From contig CAVSCD010000015.1 of the NCBI GenBank assembly GCA_963726335.1, positions 203,790 through 267,789 of the forward strand: 64,000 nt of DNA, written 5' to 3'. This stretch comes from Candidatus Aminicenantes bacterium. GTDB taxonomy: Bacteria; Acidobacteriota; Aminicenantia; Aminicenantales; UBA8522. Position numbers and translations under genes: made by a program. The notes beneath the pieces were generated by a model. That model searched no databases and was not told the DNA's origin. It saw only the letters and a program-made list of their open reading frames with translations. The stretch's first letter is position 1. Each line of letters begins with the position of its first letter. Below, one piece after another: positions 54,132-63,253 of this stretch.

Positions 54132-55064
54132 ATGGATGAGGGGAAACCCAGGTTCGGGACGTGGCTTAACATCCTGCTGTTTGTCGTCACGTGCGGCTCG
54201 GCCTTTTTCGTCGGTCTGAGCTGGAGCGTCAGCTACATCTACTCCGACCTGCTGACCGAAGGCTCCGGGTTCGCTCCTCCCGCCCAAGCCTACAGCGAAC
54301 CTCGAGTGATCGGACTGGGCATTGTCTATGCGGCCGTTCTGCTTGTCATCCTTATGGGGCACGAGATGGGCCACTACCTGACCTGCCGCCGCTACGGGCT
54401 CCGGGTGACGCTGCCGTATTTCATCCCGGCGCCGACGCTCATCGGCACGCTGGGGGCGTTCATCAGGATCAAGTCCCCCATAACCCGGAAAAAGCACCTG
54501 TTCGACATCGGCCTCGCCGGCCCGCTCGCGGGATTTGTACTGGCGATCCCCGCCCTGGTCTATGGCCTTTCCCTGTCCAAGGTCCTGCCGGCCATCCCGC
54601 GGGACGAAGCGTTCGTCTTCGGGGAGCCGCTGCTCCTCAAGTTCATCAGCGGCCTCCTGTTCAGCAACGCGCCCCAGGGAAGCGACCTCCTCCTTCATCC
54701 CGTGGGGTTTGCCGGCTGGGTGGGCCTGTTGGTCACGGCCTTCAACCTCTTTCCCCTCGGCCAGCTCGACGGCGGGCACGTTGCTTACGCTCTTCTCGGC
54801 CCGAAGTCGAAAATCCTGGCCAAAGCCCTCCTGGCTGTGTTTCTGGTCATGGGGGTGCTGTTCTGGTTCGGCTGGATCGTCTGGGCCCTCGTCATCATGC
54901 TGATCGGCATGAAACACCCCCGGGTTTCCGACGAACAGGAGAGGCTGTCCGCGCCGCGCCGGGCGCTGGGCTATGTCGCCATAATCATCTTCGCCCTGTC
55001 CTTCAGCCCGGCCCCGATCAAGGGGTTCAGCCTGCTCGAAATGGCTAAACAATGGGGGCTCTGA
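54132..55064 (+). CDS. M50 site-2 protease family membrane metallopeptidase
   Basis: HEMGHY zinc motif in a TM helix, a downstream NLFPLGQLDGGH motif, polytopic. Confidence 0.8.
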   Translation: MDEGKPRFGTWLNILLFVVTCGSAFFVGLSWSVSYIYSDLLTEGSGFAPPAQAYSEPRVIGLGIVYAAVLLVILMGHEMGHYLTCRRYGLRVTLPYFIPAPTLIGTLGAFIRIKSPITRKKHLFDIGLAGPLAGFVLAIPALVYGLSLSKVLPAIPRDEAFVFGEPLLLKFISGLLFSNAPQGSDLLLHPVGFAGWVGLLVTAFNLFPLGQLDGGHVAYALLGPKSKILAKALLAVFLVMGVLFWFGWIVWALVIMLIGMKHPRVSDEQERLSAPRRALGYVAIIIFALSFSPAPIKGFSLLEMAKQWGL

Positions 55065-55268
55065 GAGATGCGCCAGCGAGGTTTTTGGGGGCCCGAAAGA
55101 TTTGCACAAAAAGTGTGGAAAAGATGTGGAAAAGTGCCGATGAACGGGGGGCCAAAATTCGGATTTGCTTGCACATATGACACTTTGCACAAGTTCTCGT
55201 CAGTCGCCGCCTGAGGTGCTCCGGATGGCTTATAAACACTTGATTATAATAAAAATAAATGGTACGTC

Positions 55269-56051
55269 ATGAACCGTGCGTTTAGGGAAGTCGAAAACGC
55301 TTTTCAGGTTTTACGCCGAAGATTCAGGGAACGAGAGATCCCCCGGCGGGAATTTATCGACCAGCTTAAAAAACTGCGTCTCAGGGACGACCAGGGCCGG
55401 TTCTGGATGATCGGCGCCCAAACAGGCCGCTGGTACTATTTTGACGGCCGGGAATGGACTCCGGCCGAGCCCCCGGCCGAGGCGGCCGCCAAGCCCAAAT
55501 GCTACGCTTGCGGTTTGGAGAATGAGCCCGGCGCGGCGGCCTGCTCGCGCTGCGGCGAAAGCCTCGAGCGCACCGCCGCTCTGTGCCCGAACTGCGGGGC
55601 AAAGCTCGCCAGCCCCTTCCAGAAATGCCCCAACTGCAGCCGGGAAGCCGAAGTCTCGCCTTACGCCGAAGAAGCCCTGTTCAAGGGCCGGGAAAAGGGG
55701 GGAGAGGAATTCATCTTGAGACGCATCAGCGCCCCCTCGGCGTTCACCGCCTTCGGCGGGCTCGGGCTGATCATAGGGATCGTGGCCGGGGCCTTCGCCG
55801 GCGCCGCGGGAAGCCTGTCCGGATTGGCCGGCCGCTTTCCCGATTTCCTGTCGAGCCTTCACGGCACGCTGTTGGGAGGGATCATGTTCGGCGTGGCCGG
55901 AGGCGTCGCCGGTTTTCTTGCCGTCGGCCTCTTGGGCTGCGTCCTGGCCCTGATCTTCAACCTGACGGCCTCGGTCACGGGCGGCCTGCGTGTGTCCGCT
56001 CGGCTGGCGCCCGCGGAGCCCCAAGAAGAAGAAAAAAAACCGGAGATCTAG
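55269..56051 (+). CDS. zinc-ribbon protein with an N-terminal GYF-like segment and a C-terminal glycine-zipper membrane region
   Basis: CYACG..CSRCG and CPNCG..CPNCS pairs, RWYYFDGREW, and a Gly/Ala-rich hydrophobic C-terminus. Function unknown. Confidence 0.5.
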   Translation: MNRAFREVENAFQVLRRRFREREIPRREFIDQLKKLRLRDDQGRFWMIGAQTGRWYYFDGREWTPAEPPAEAAAKPKCYACGLENEPGAAACSRCGESLERTAALCPNCGAKLASPFQKCPNCSREAEVSPYAEEALFKGREKGGEEFILRRISAPSAFTAFGGLGLIIGIVAGAFAGAAGSLSGLAGRFPDFLSSLHGTLLGGIMFGVAGGVAGFLAVGLLGCVLALIFNLTASVTGGLRVSARLAPAEPQEEEKKPEI

Positions 56052-56257
56052 CCTGACTTATTCATAAAAAGCGCCTCGTCTTTTTTCCATCTCTCTTTAT
56101 GCGGCGCTTTTTACCCTTCGGGCGAGCCGATTCGGCCCCATCTGCTTCGTTCTCGGAGTTCGCTGTACCAAAGAGTACCGCTTCACCCCTCGGGCCTCGC
56201 ATCTGGAGGCCGCCTCGATTCGTGAATAATTCAGGCTCGCCGCCCGGCGGGGCGGAT

Positions 56258-58576
56258 CTATTCGCCCTTCTTGATCCTGGCCAGCGCGTGGGCGATCTGC
56301 CCCACGGAGATCGATTCGTCGTTGGGGGAATATCTCTCCGGCACCAGGACCGTGAAACCCTTTTCCAGGAGCGATTCCCGCGCCAGGGAGACAAGCGTCC
56401 TGTTGAGGAACACACCGCCGGCCAGGGCGACCGTCGCGACGTCGTAGGCGTCCCGGGACTTGACCGCGACCGCGGTCACCGCGTCGGCCAGGGTGCGATG
56501 GAATTTCGGCCCGACCCGGCCGGCCCCGGCTTCTCGCTGGAGTTCCTTGACGATCTCCTTAATGGCGGGAGCAAACGAAACTTCCCAGGGTGACGCTCTA
56601 TTGTCGATTTCAAACGGATAGCCGGCGCGCGTCCGGCGGCGTGAAACGGCCTCGAGCCTCATCGGCGCCTCGGCCTCGAATTCGACGTGAGGCGGCGCCG
56701 CCCCGGCCAGGAACGCGACGGCGTCGAACAGCCGTCCGCAGCTCGAGGTCGGCGGGCTGTTGATACCCTTCTCCATCATTTCGAGGACCAGTCGCGCTTT
56801 TTTTCTTTCGACCCTCCGGAATGGCGCAAGTGCCGGTATCTCGTCCCCGAACGCGTCACGGAGGTAGGCGAGGGCCATCCGGGCGGGCTCCCGCGCGGCC
56901 GCGTCACCGCCGGGAAGCGGCACGGGCCGGAGACGGGCGATCCTCCTGTATTCGAGATAATTCGCCAGCAAAAACTCGCCGCCCCAGGCCTCGCCGCCCT
57001 CTCCGTAACCGAAGCCGTCGAAGGCGACTCCCAAAACATCCCGGCCCGGCGGCACCCCGTGCTCGAGGAGGACGGCGAGGATGTGGGCGAAATGGTGCTG
57101 GACCGCGATGTGCCTCAAACCCGAAGCCCGGGCATACCGCGTCGTCCGGAATTCCGGGTGAAGGTCGGAGACGACGACCCCGGGCCGGACATCGAACAGG
57201 CGCTCGAGGTGCGCGATCGTCTCCTCAAAGTACCGGTAGTTTCGGTATTCGTCGAGGTCGCCCAGGAACTGGCTCGTCACGATATAGCCGTTCTTATATA
57301 CGGAAACGGTATCTTTGAGCTCTCCGCCCAGCGCCAGTATCCGGGCGTCGGACTCGAGTTCCTTCGGAACACGCTGGGGGTGGGGGACATAGCCCCTGGC
57401 CCGGCGCACGAAAAGCGGGCGGCCGTCGACGACCTTCATCACGGAATCGTCCGCGCGCGTCTCGATCGGCCGGTCGTGCGTCAGCAAGAAGTCGCAGAGA
57501 TCGGATATGCCCTCGCTTTCGTCCTTGGCGATGGGCGCGTCCTTCCTGTTCGAGCTCGTGGCCACGATCAACCCGAGCCGCTGGAGAAGGAGATGATGGA
57601 GCGGCGTGTAGGGGAGCATGAACCCGACCTCGTCGAGGTGGGGCGCGATCCCGGGGATGTCTTTTTTCTTCCTGAGGAGAACGATCGGACGGGCGGGGGA
57701 GAGAAGCTCGCGCCTCTCTTCGGGGCCGACGGACGTGAACTCCCGCACCGTCTCGAGGTCCCGGGCCATGAGCGCCAGCGGCTTCGTTTCCCTTCGCTTG
57801 AGGCGGCGTAGCTTCCGGACGGCCGAGGCGTTCCGCGGGTCGCAGACAAGGTGGAAGCCGCCAAGCCCCTTGACCGCGAGGATTTTCCCCGCCCGGATGA
57901 GCTTCGCGGCCTCATCGATCCCGCCCGGCACAACAGTCCCCGTCCGGGCCCGCTCGAGCCTCACGCGCGGGCCGCAGACAGGGCAGGCGATGGGCTGGGC
58001 GTGGTAGCGGCGGTCCCGGGGATCCTCGTATTCCTTCTTGCAGTCGGCGCACATGTCAAACCCGGCCATCGTCGTGTTGGCCCGGTCGTAGGGGAGCGAG
58101 CGGACGATGGTGTAGCGCGGGCCGCAGTCCGTGCAGTTCGTGAAAGGATACCGGTAACGGCGCTCGCCGGGAGACATGATCTCCTTACGGCAATGGGCGC
58201 AGGTCGCGATGTCGGGGGAGATGAACACGAAACTCGGCCCGCCCGTTGTCTTTCTGATCTCGAACAGGCGGCAGCCCACGGCGCGCGCCGGCCGGACGCC
58301 GAGCTTCTCGAGGCGCGCGAGGGGCGGTTTCTCCGACTCCAGGGCGGCGACGAACCGCCCGAAATCCGCCGGCTTTTCGGATTCAAGGTGGATTTCCACC
58401 CCGCGGCCGATGTTCCGGACCCAGCCGCGGTAGCCGAACCTCTCGGCCAGCCTGAAGACGAACGGCCGGAACCCGACGCCCTGGACCACTCCGAAGGCGG
58501 TGACGTCGACGGCGTCCGTCGTCCCGCGGGACGCGCCCCGCGCTTCCGCCGCCGGACTAGCTCTTTTCCGGCTCAT
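56258..58576 (-). CDS. hypF: [NiFe]-hydrogenase maturation carbamoyltransferase HypF
   Basis: Acylphosphatase domain (VQGVGFRPFV), two CxxC zinc fingers (CAHC...CTDCGPRYT, CADC...CPVCGP), and YrdC-like and Kae1-like domains. 772 aa. Confidence 0.9.
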   Translation of the reverse strand: MSRKRASPAAEARGASRGTTDAVDVTAFGVVQGVGFRPFVFRLAERFGYRGWVRNIGRGVEIHLESEKPADFGRFVAALESEKPPLARLEKLGVRPARAVGCRLFEIRKTTGGPSFVFISPDIATCAHCRKEIMSPGERRYRYPFTNCTDCGPRYTIVRSLPYDRANTTMAGFDMCADCKKEYEDPRDRRYHAQPIACPVCGPRVRLERARTGTVVPGGIDEAAKLIRAGKILAVKGLGGFHLVCDPRNASAVRKLRRLKRRETKPLALMARDLETVREFTSVGPEERRELLSPARPIVLLRKKKDIPGIAPHLDEVGFMLPYTPLHHLLLQRLGLIVATSSNRKDAPIAKDESEGISDLCDFLLTHDRPIETRADDSVMKVVDGRPLFVRRARGYVPHPQRVPKELESDARILALGGELKDTVSVYKNGYIVTSQFLGDLDEYRNYRYFEETIAHLERLFDVRPGVVVSDLHPEFRTTRYARASGLRHIAVQHHFAHILAVLLEHGVPPGRDVLGVAFDGFGYGEGGEAWGGEFLLANYLEYRRIARLRPVPLPGGDAAAREPARMALAYLRDAFGDEIPALAPFRRVERKKARLVLEMMEKGINSPPTSSCGRLFDAVAFLAGAAPPHVEFEAEAPMRLEAVSRRRTRAGYPFEIDNRASPWEVSFAPAIKEIVKELQREAGAGRVGPKFHRTLADAVTAVAVKSRDAYDVATVALAGGVFLNRTLVSLARESLLEKGFTVLVPERYSPNDESISVGQIAHALARIKKGE

Positions 58577-59129
58577 GGTTCCGGCCCCGGGCGGCTTCCA
58601 GGCTGTAGGAGCAGCCGCAGTAGTCCTGGCGGTAGAGGTTCATGCCCCGGCTCAGGGCGACGCTCTTTTTGAACCCGTCTTTTTTCTTAAAATCAGCCTC
58701 GAGGAAAGAGACGCCGCGCCGTCGCCCGAACATCCGGCCGATGCGGTTGAGCGCGCCCGCTTTCTTCCAGGGGCTGAGGCTCATGACCGTGGTGAACGCG
58801 TCGAACCCCTCGGCCGCGGCGCGGATCGCGGTCCGCTCGAGCCTCACGGCGTAGCAGATGTCGCACCGCCGGCCTTTCTCCGGCTCGTCCTTGAATTTCG
58901 CGGTCAGGGCCAGCCAGCGGGCGTCGTCGTAGGGCCCCACGAGAAGCGGGACGCCGAGGTCCCGGGCCACCTTCCGGGCGTCCGCCAGCCGCAGCGTGTA
59001 TTCCTCCGCCGGGTGGATGTTCGGGTTGTAAAAGAAGGCGGCGGGATCATAGTCATCCTTGAGCAGCCCGATGACGTAGGCGGCGTCGGGGGCGCAGCAG
59101 ACATGAACGAGGATCCGCGGCTTGGGCAC
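58557..59129 (-). CDS. queH: epoxyqueuosine reductase QueH (DUF208)
   Basis: HVCCAPDA, RCDICY and YRQDYCGCSYS cysteine motifs, 190 aa. Confidence 0.85.
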   Translation of the reverse strand: MPKPRILVHVCCAPDAAYVIGLLKDDYDPAAFFYNPNIHPAEEYTLRLADARKVARDLGVPLLVGPYDDARWLALTAKFKDEPEKGRRCDICYAVRLERTAIRAAAEGFDAFTTVMSLSPWKKAGALNRIGRMFGRRRGVSFLEADFKKKDGFKKSVALSRGMNLYRQDYCGCSYSLEAARGRNHEPEKS

Positions 59130-59178
59130 GTGCCTATTGTATTCTGGATGAGGAACCCGGTAAAGCGCTGGCGGGGCG

Positions 59179-60069
59179 TCAGCGGAGGGGCGGCGGGATC
59201 AGGGCTCTGTCACCGCCCGAGAGCGTTTCGATCCGGTGGAGGAGGGTCTCGATCCGGCCGTTCACCTCGTCGAGCTCCAGGTAGAACGGGGCGAGCGCCG
59301 GGCTGTCGCTCCGCTTCTCCTCGAGGAGGCGGCCCAGGCCGAGGTAAAGCTCCTGCTGCTCCGCCTCGACGGCCTTGATCCTGTCCTGGATCCTCTCTTT
59401 TCTCCTCGACAGGGACCGGATCTCCTTTTCGACCTCGCGCCGCTGCGCCGCGCCCTCGGCCTCGATGGCCTTGATGGCGTCCTGGTGCTGCCGGATCCTT
59501 TTGCGTGTCTCTTCCCGGTCGCGCTCGATGTCATCGAGCTGCCTGGCCAGCTCGCCGTCCTGCTTCAGCCGCTTCAGGGCTTTTTCTTCCTCGCGCTTCC
59601 GTTTCAGCAGGTCATCGAAGGGCTTCATCAGGGCCGCTTCGACGTCCCGCTTCTTTCTGTACAGGGCGGCGAGTTCGTCCCGGCGGGCGTGCTCCTTCTC
59701 GGCTTCGGCCAGTGTATCCTGCCATTCCTTCTGGGCGGCGTTTCTCTCGGCGAGCAGGTTCTTGAGCTGGGCGAACAGGCTCTCGCTTCCCGGGATCCTG
59801 ACGTCCTCGCCCCAGGCCCGCTCCCCGATCTTTTTCAGGGCGCCGGCCCTGATCTGACGCTCCTTCTTGAGCTTATACTTGATCTGGAGAAGCACCGACC
59901 GCCGCCGGGCGCCGGCGAGAAAAGCGCTAAGGCGCATGCGCAGGCGCTTGTCGCGGAGAAAGATGAAGGATACGAGAAGAAGAATAAAGCACAGCATCAG
60001 CCAGAAGACCCAGTAGGGAAGGCCTTCCCGGGCGATGGACGGCATGGCCTGGACGGCGACGAGACCCAA
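59179..60069 (-). CDS. membrane-anchored coiled-coil protein, function unknown
   Basis: One N-terminal TM (YWVFWLMLCFILLLVSFIFL), then about 230 aa of heptad-like K/E/R-rich sequence. The 60069 start is TTG; ATG at 60045 is the alternative. Confidence 0.45.
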   Translation of the reverse strand: MGLVAVQAMPSIAREGLPYWVFWLMLCFILLLVSFIFLRDKRLRMRLSAFLAGARRRSVLLQIKYKLKKERQIRAGALKKIGERAWGEDVRIPGSESLFAQLKNLLAERNAAQKEWQDTLAEAEKEHARRDELAALYRKKRDVEAALMKPFDDLLKRKREEEKALKRLKQDGELARQLDDIERDREETRKRIRQHQDAIKAIEAEGAAQRREVEKEIRSLSRRKERIQDRIKAVEAEQQELYLGLGRLLEEKRSDSPALAPFYLELDEVNGRIETLLHRIETLSGGDRALIPPPLR

Positions 60070-60165
60070 TGATCCCTCCTCGGACGGCCCGAGACGATGA
60101 GAAGGTTTTAGACCGAATGCGCCCGAGATGTCAACGCTTTTTCGCCGCTATATTTGGCCGCGAAA

Positions 60166-60193
60166 TTGCAAAATCTGGGCGCTGTGCTATAAA
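60166..60193 (+). promoter_or_regulatory. sigma70-like promoter candidate for fabH (extended -10)
   Basis: TTGCAA (60166..60171), 16-nt spacer ending in TGC, TATAAA (60188..60193). GGAG RBS, then ATG at 60219. Confidence 0.45.
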
Positions 60194-60218
60194 ATATAGA
60201 ACTTGGAGTTGTTGAAAG

Positions 60219-61217
60219 ATGCACAAAAACGAACCCCAGCGGCGCGTCCGGATCGTTTCGACCGGTTTCTATGCGCCCGAGAAGATCCTGACGAACGCCG
60301 ACCTCGAGAAGATGGTCGACACGACCGACGAGTGGATCGTCACCCGGACGGGCATGAAGGAGAGGCACATTGTCGCCCCGGACCAGGCGACTTCCGACAT
60401 GGTGCTCATCGCCGCCCGCCGGGCGCTCGAGAACGCCCGTCTCGAGGTCAAGGATATCGACGTCATCATCGTGGCCACGGTCACGCCCGACACCCTGTTT
60501 CCGGCAACGGCCTGCTGGGTCCAGCAGGGGCTCGGGGCAAAGCAGGTCGCCGCCTTCGACATCGCGGCCGCCTGCTCGGGTTTTCTTTACGGAATGATCA
60601 CGGCGGAAGCGCTGATCGTGAGCGGCGCCGCCCGAAGGGTGCTCCTCGCGGGCGCCGAAACCCTGACCCGGGTCACGAACTGGGAGGACCGCAACACCTG
60701 CGTGCTCTTCGGCGACGCCGCCGGCGCCGCCGTCCTCGAGGCCAGCCATGACGACTCCGGCATCCTCTCCCATTACTGGAAATCCGACGGCGCGTTGGGC
60801 GGCATGCTCCTTCAACCGGCCGGCGGCTCGCGGCTCCCGGCCTCGGCCGAAACCGTCGAGAAAAAGCTCCACACGCTCCAGATGAGGGGTAACGAGGTCT
60901 TCAAGCACGCCGTCAGGCGCATGAGCGAGGCGTCCGTGGAGGTCCTGAAGCGGGCGGGGCTGGGCACGGACGATATCGACTGGCTGATCCCGCACCAGGC
61001 CAACATCAGGATCATCGAGGCCACGGGGGAGCGGCTGGGTGTGCCCAAGGAAAAAATCTACGTCAACGTCCACAAGTACGGGAATGTCTCGTCCGCCACG
61101 ATCCCCATCGCCCTGAGCGAGCTCGACGGCGAGGGAAAGCTCGAAAAAGGGGACGTCATCGTAATGAGCGCGTTCGGGTCGGGGTTGACCTGGGCCGCGG
61201 TCGCTTACCGCTGGTAA
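60219..61217 (+). CDS. fabH: 3-oxoacyl-ACP synthase III
   Basis: Active-site AAACSGFLYG and HQANIRI, with GNVSSATIP near the C-terminus. 332 aa. Confidence 0.9.
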   Translation: MHKNEPQRRVRIVSTGFYAPEKILTNADLEKMVDTTDEWIVTRTGMKERHIVAPDQATSDMVLIAARRALENARLEVKDIDVIIVATVTPDTLFPATACWVQQGLGAKQVAAFDIAAACSGFLYGMITAEALIVSGAARRVLLAGAETLTRVTNWEDRNTCVLFGDAAGAAVLEASHDDSGILSHYWKSDGALGGMLLQPAGGSRLPASAETVEKKLHTLQMRGNEVFKHAVRRMSEASVEVLKRAGLGTDDIDWLIPHQANIRIIEATGERLGVPKEKIYVNVHKYGNVSSATIPIALSELDGEGKLEKGDVIVMSAFGSGLTWAAVAYRW

Positions 61218-61259
61218 CCGCCGGCCGCCGGAGCTCCCCGCGCGCCGTCGCCTCCGGGC

Positions 61260-61778
61260 TTATTCCGCGATCAGGCGGTTGAATATCCGGAGCATCTCCT
61301 CTTTATCCATCGCCCGGACGATCTTGTCCCGGATCCGCCCTTTCTTGTCGATCACGAAGGTGGTCGGGATGAACTGGCCGGGCTGGAAGTCGTCGAGGAG
61401 CTTTCCGGTCTGGACCTTCGTTTCGAGGACGACGGGATAGTTGATCTTGTACTGCTCTACGAAGGCCTGGACAACGCTTTTGTCCTTGGTGTCGAGGGAG
61501 ATCCCCAGGATCTCGAGCCCCTTGGACTTGTGGGTCGTCGTGACATCGACGAAGTCGGGGATCTCGGCCCGGCAGGGAGGGCACCAGGTCGCCCAGAAAT
61601 TGAGGAACAGGACCTTGCCCTTGTACTGGGCCGAGGTGATCGTCTGGCCGTTGAGGTCGACGACCGTAAAATCGGGCGCCTGAGCATCCGCGGTCTGGGC
61701 GGCGCACGAGCCGGCCAGACCGACCAAAGCTGTCAGCAGGACGGCGGCCACGGCGCCTATCGGCATAAACTTTTTCAT
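61260..61778 (-). CDS. TlpA/ResA-like periplasmic thiol-disulfide oxidoreductase
   Basis: Signal peptide plus thioredoxin fold with WATWCPPC. Confidence 0.8.
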   Translation of the reverse strand: MKKFMPIGAVAAVLLTALVGLAGSCAAQTADAQAPDFTVVDLNGQTITSAQYKGKVLFLNFWATWCPPCRAEIPDFVDVTTTHKSKGLEILGISLDTKDKSVVQAFVEQYKINYPVVLETKVQTGKLLDDFQPGQFIPTTFVIDKKGRIRDKIVRAMDKEEMLRIFNRLIAE

Positions 61779-61842
61779 GATCTTCTCCTCTGTTGGATCT
61801 TTATTTTATTATAGAGTTTATGCCCGCTGTTTTCAACTTGCC

Positions 61843-61872
61843 TTGACACCGGGCGGCGGCCGCGGCTATATT
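61843..61872 (+). promoter_or_regulatory. sigma70-like promoter candidate
   Basis: TTGACA (61843..61848), 18-nt spacer, TATATT (61867..61872), upstream of the hexapeptide-repeat gene. Confidence 0.45.
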
Positions 61873-61910
61873 TTCGCTTTACCCGGCAAGGAGTTCAGGA
61901 TGGGCGTGTC

Positions 61911-63128
61911 GTGACCAACGAACAGCGCTTGAGACGTCTCAAGAGCCGGGGCGTGGCGATCATCGATCCGCGTTCGACGCACGTTGCCGAAAACGTGAAC
62001 CTGGAGTGGATCGAGCCCGGCGCCAGGATCCACGGGGGCTGCCGCATCGCCGGGAAATGGACTTTCATCGGGAAGGGGACGACGATCGGCCGGGAGGGAC
62101 CGGCCGCCGTCGAGGATTGCGCCATCGGCCGCGACGTCGAGCTCAGAGGGGGCTCATTTCGAAGCTCGGTTTTTCTCGACAGGTCGGGCATGGGCCCCGG
62201 CGCTCACGTCCGGGCGGGCTGCCTCCTCGAGGAGGAAGCGAACGGCGCTCACACGGTCGGGCTGAAGCATTCGATCCTGTTCCCGTTCGTCACGCTGGGC
62301 AGCCTGATCAATTTTTGCGATTGCCTGATGGCCGGCGGGACCGGCCTCCAAAACCACGGCGAAGTGGGGAGCTCTTATATCCACTTCAACTTCACACCGA
62401 ACCAGGACAAAGCGACGCCGTCCTTGATCGGCGATGTGCCCAGGGGCGTGATGCTCGATCAGCGGCCGGTCTTCCTCGGCGGGCAGGGGGGGCTGGTGGG
62501 GCCGGCCCGGGTCGGTTTCGGGTCCGTTATCGCAGCGGGGATCGTCTGCAGGGCGGATGTGGGCGAGAACGTGCTGGTCGCGGGAGTCAAACAGGAGCCG
62601 AAAGAATCGCCCTATAGGGCGGGGATCTACGTCCAGATCAGCAGGAAGGTCAAAAACAACATCAGCTACATCGCCAACCTCGTGGCGCTCAAGGCGTGGT
62701 ATGCCGATGTCCGCTCGCGATTTCTGCACCCCGTCTTGCTTCAAAAAGCCGTCGCGGTTTTAAACGGAGCCTTGGCTGAGCGCGTTTCCCGGCTGAAAGA
62801 GCTGGCGGAGAAGATGCCCGGCTCAGCGGCAGGGCTCAAAGGCGTTAAAATAGCGGGGATTGATAAGGTCATAAAGCAGCAGAATGAATTCCAGGCCGCG
62901 TGGCCGAAGCTTGAGGACCTGCTGAGTGGGTTCGCCGAAAGCAACGGACAGAGCGGTAATGTGCTCAGGGATGATTTTCTGAACCGGCTGGCCAAGACGG
63001 CGGGCAGAGATTATATCAGCGCCATCCAGGCGCTCGATGCCGGCGCCAAACGGCAAGGAACGGAGTGGCTCTCGGCGATCGTCGCCGCTGTCGAGAATGG
63101 GGCCCTAACCATCCTACCTTCCTTCTGA
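61911..63128 (+). CDS. left-handed beta-helix (hexapeptide-repeat, GlmU C-terminal-like) protein with a helical C-terminal extension; function unknown
   Basis: Repeated [LIV]-G-x4 hexapeptide pattern through residues ~30-230 (IGREGPAAVEDCAIGRDVELRGG..., VGFGSVIAAGIVCRADVGENVLVAG). The called start is GTG at 61911, but the AAGGAG RBS at 61888..61893 serves an ATG at 61900 that is out of frame. Confidence 0.5.
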   Translation: MTNEQRLRRLKSRGVAIIDPRSTHVAENVNLEWIEPGARIHGGCRIAGKWTFIGKGTTIGREGPAAVEDCAIGRDVELRGGSFRSSVFLDRSGMGPGAHVRAGCLLEEEANGAHTVGLKHSILFPFVTLGSLINFCDCLMAGGTGLQNHGEVGSSYIHFNFTPNQDKATPSLIGDVPRGVMLDQRPVFLGGQGGLVGPARVGFGSVIAAGIVCRADVGENVLVAGVKQEPKESPYRAGIYVQISRKVKNNISYIANLVALKAWYADVRSRFLHPVLLQKAVAVLNGALAERVSRLKELAEKMPGSAAGLKGVKIAGIDKVIKQQNEFQAAWPKLEDLLSGFAESNGQSGNVLRDDFLNRLAKTAGRDYISAIQALDAGAKRQGTEWLSAIVAAVENGALTILPSF

Positions 63129-63253
63129 CCGGGGGAGCTCCCGCCAACTGCCGTTCGCATGTTCGTTCCTTTGAATCTTCATTGACAGGGACATCGGGAC
63201 TCGCTACCATCCTCAGACGTTCGATGGTGCGCGTTTCGCCGGGGCGGAGCTGA

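Noticed and set aside
55161-55175. Sigma-54 promoter (GG-N10-GC) in GGATTTGCTTGCA
   Set aside because: The spacing between the GG and GC dinucleotides is two short of the TGGCAC-N5-TTGCA consensus, and the -24 box lacks the conserved TGGCAC.
56066-56111. Bidirectional terminator AAAAAGCGCC ... GGCGCTTTTT between the zinc-ribbon gene and hypF
   Set aside because: The arms are complementary but only ~9 bp long, with a 26-nt loop. That is too weak to call with confidence, so I did not list it as a feature.
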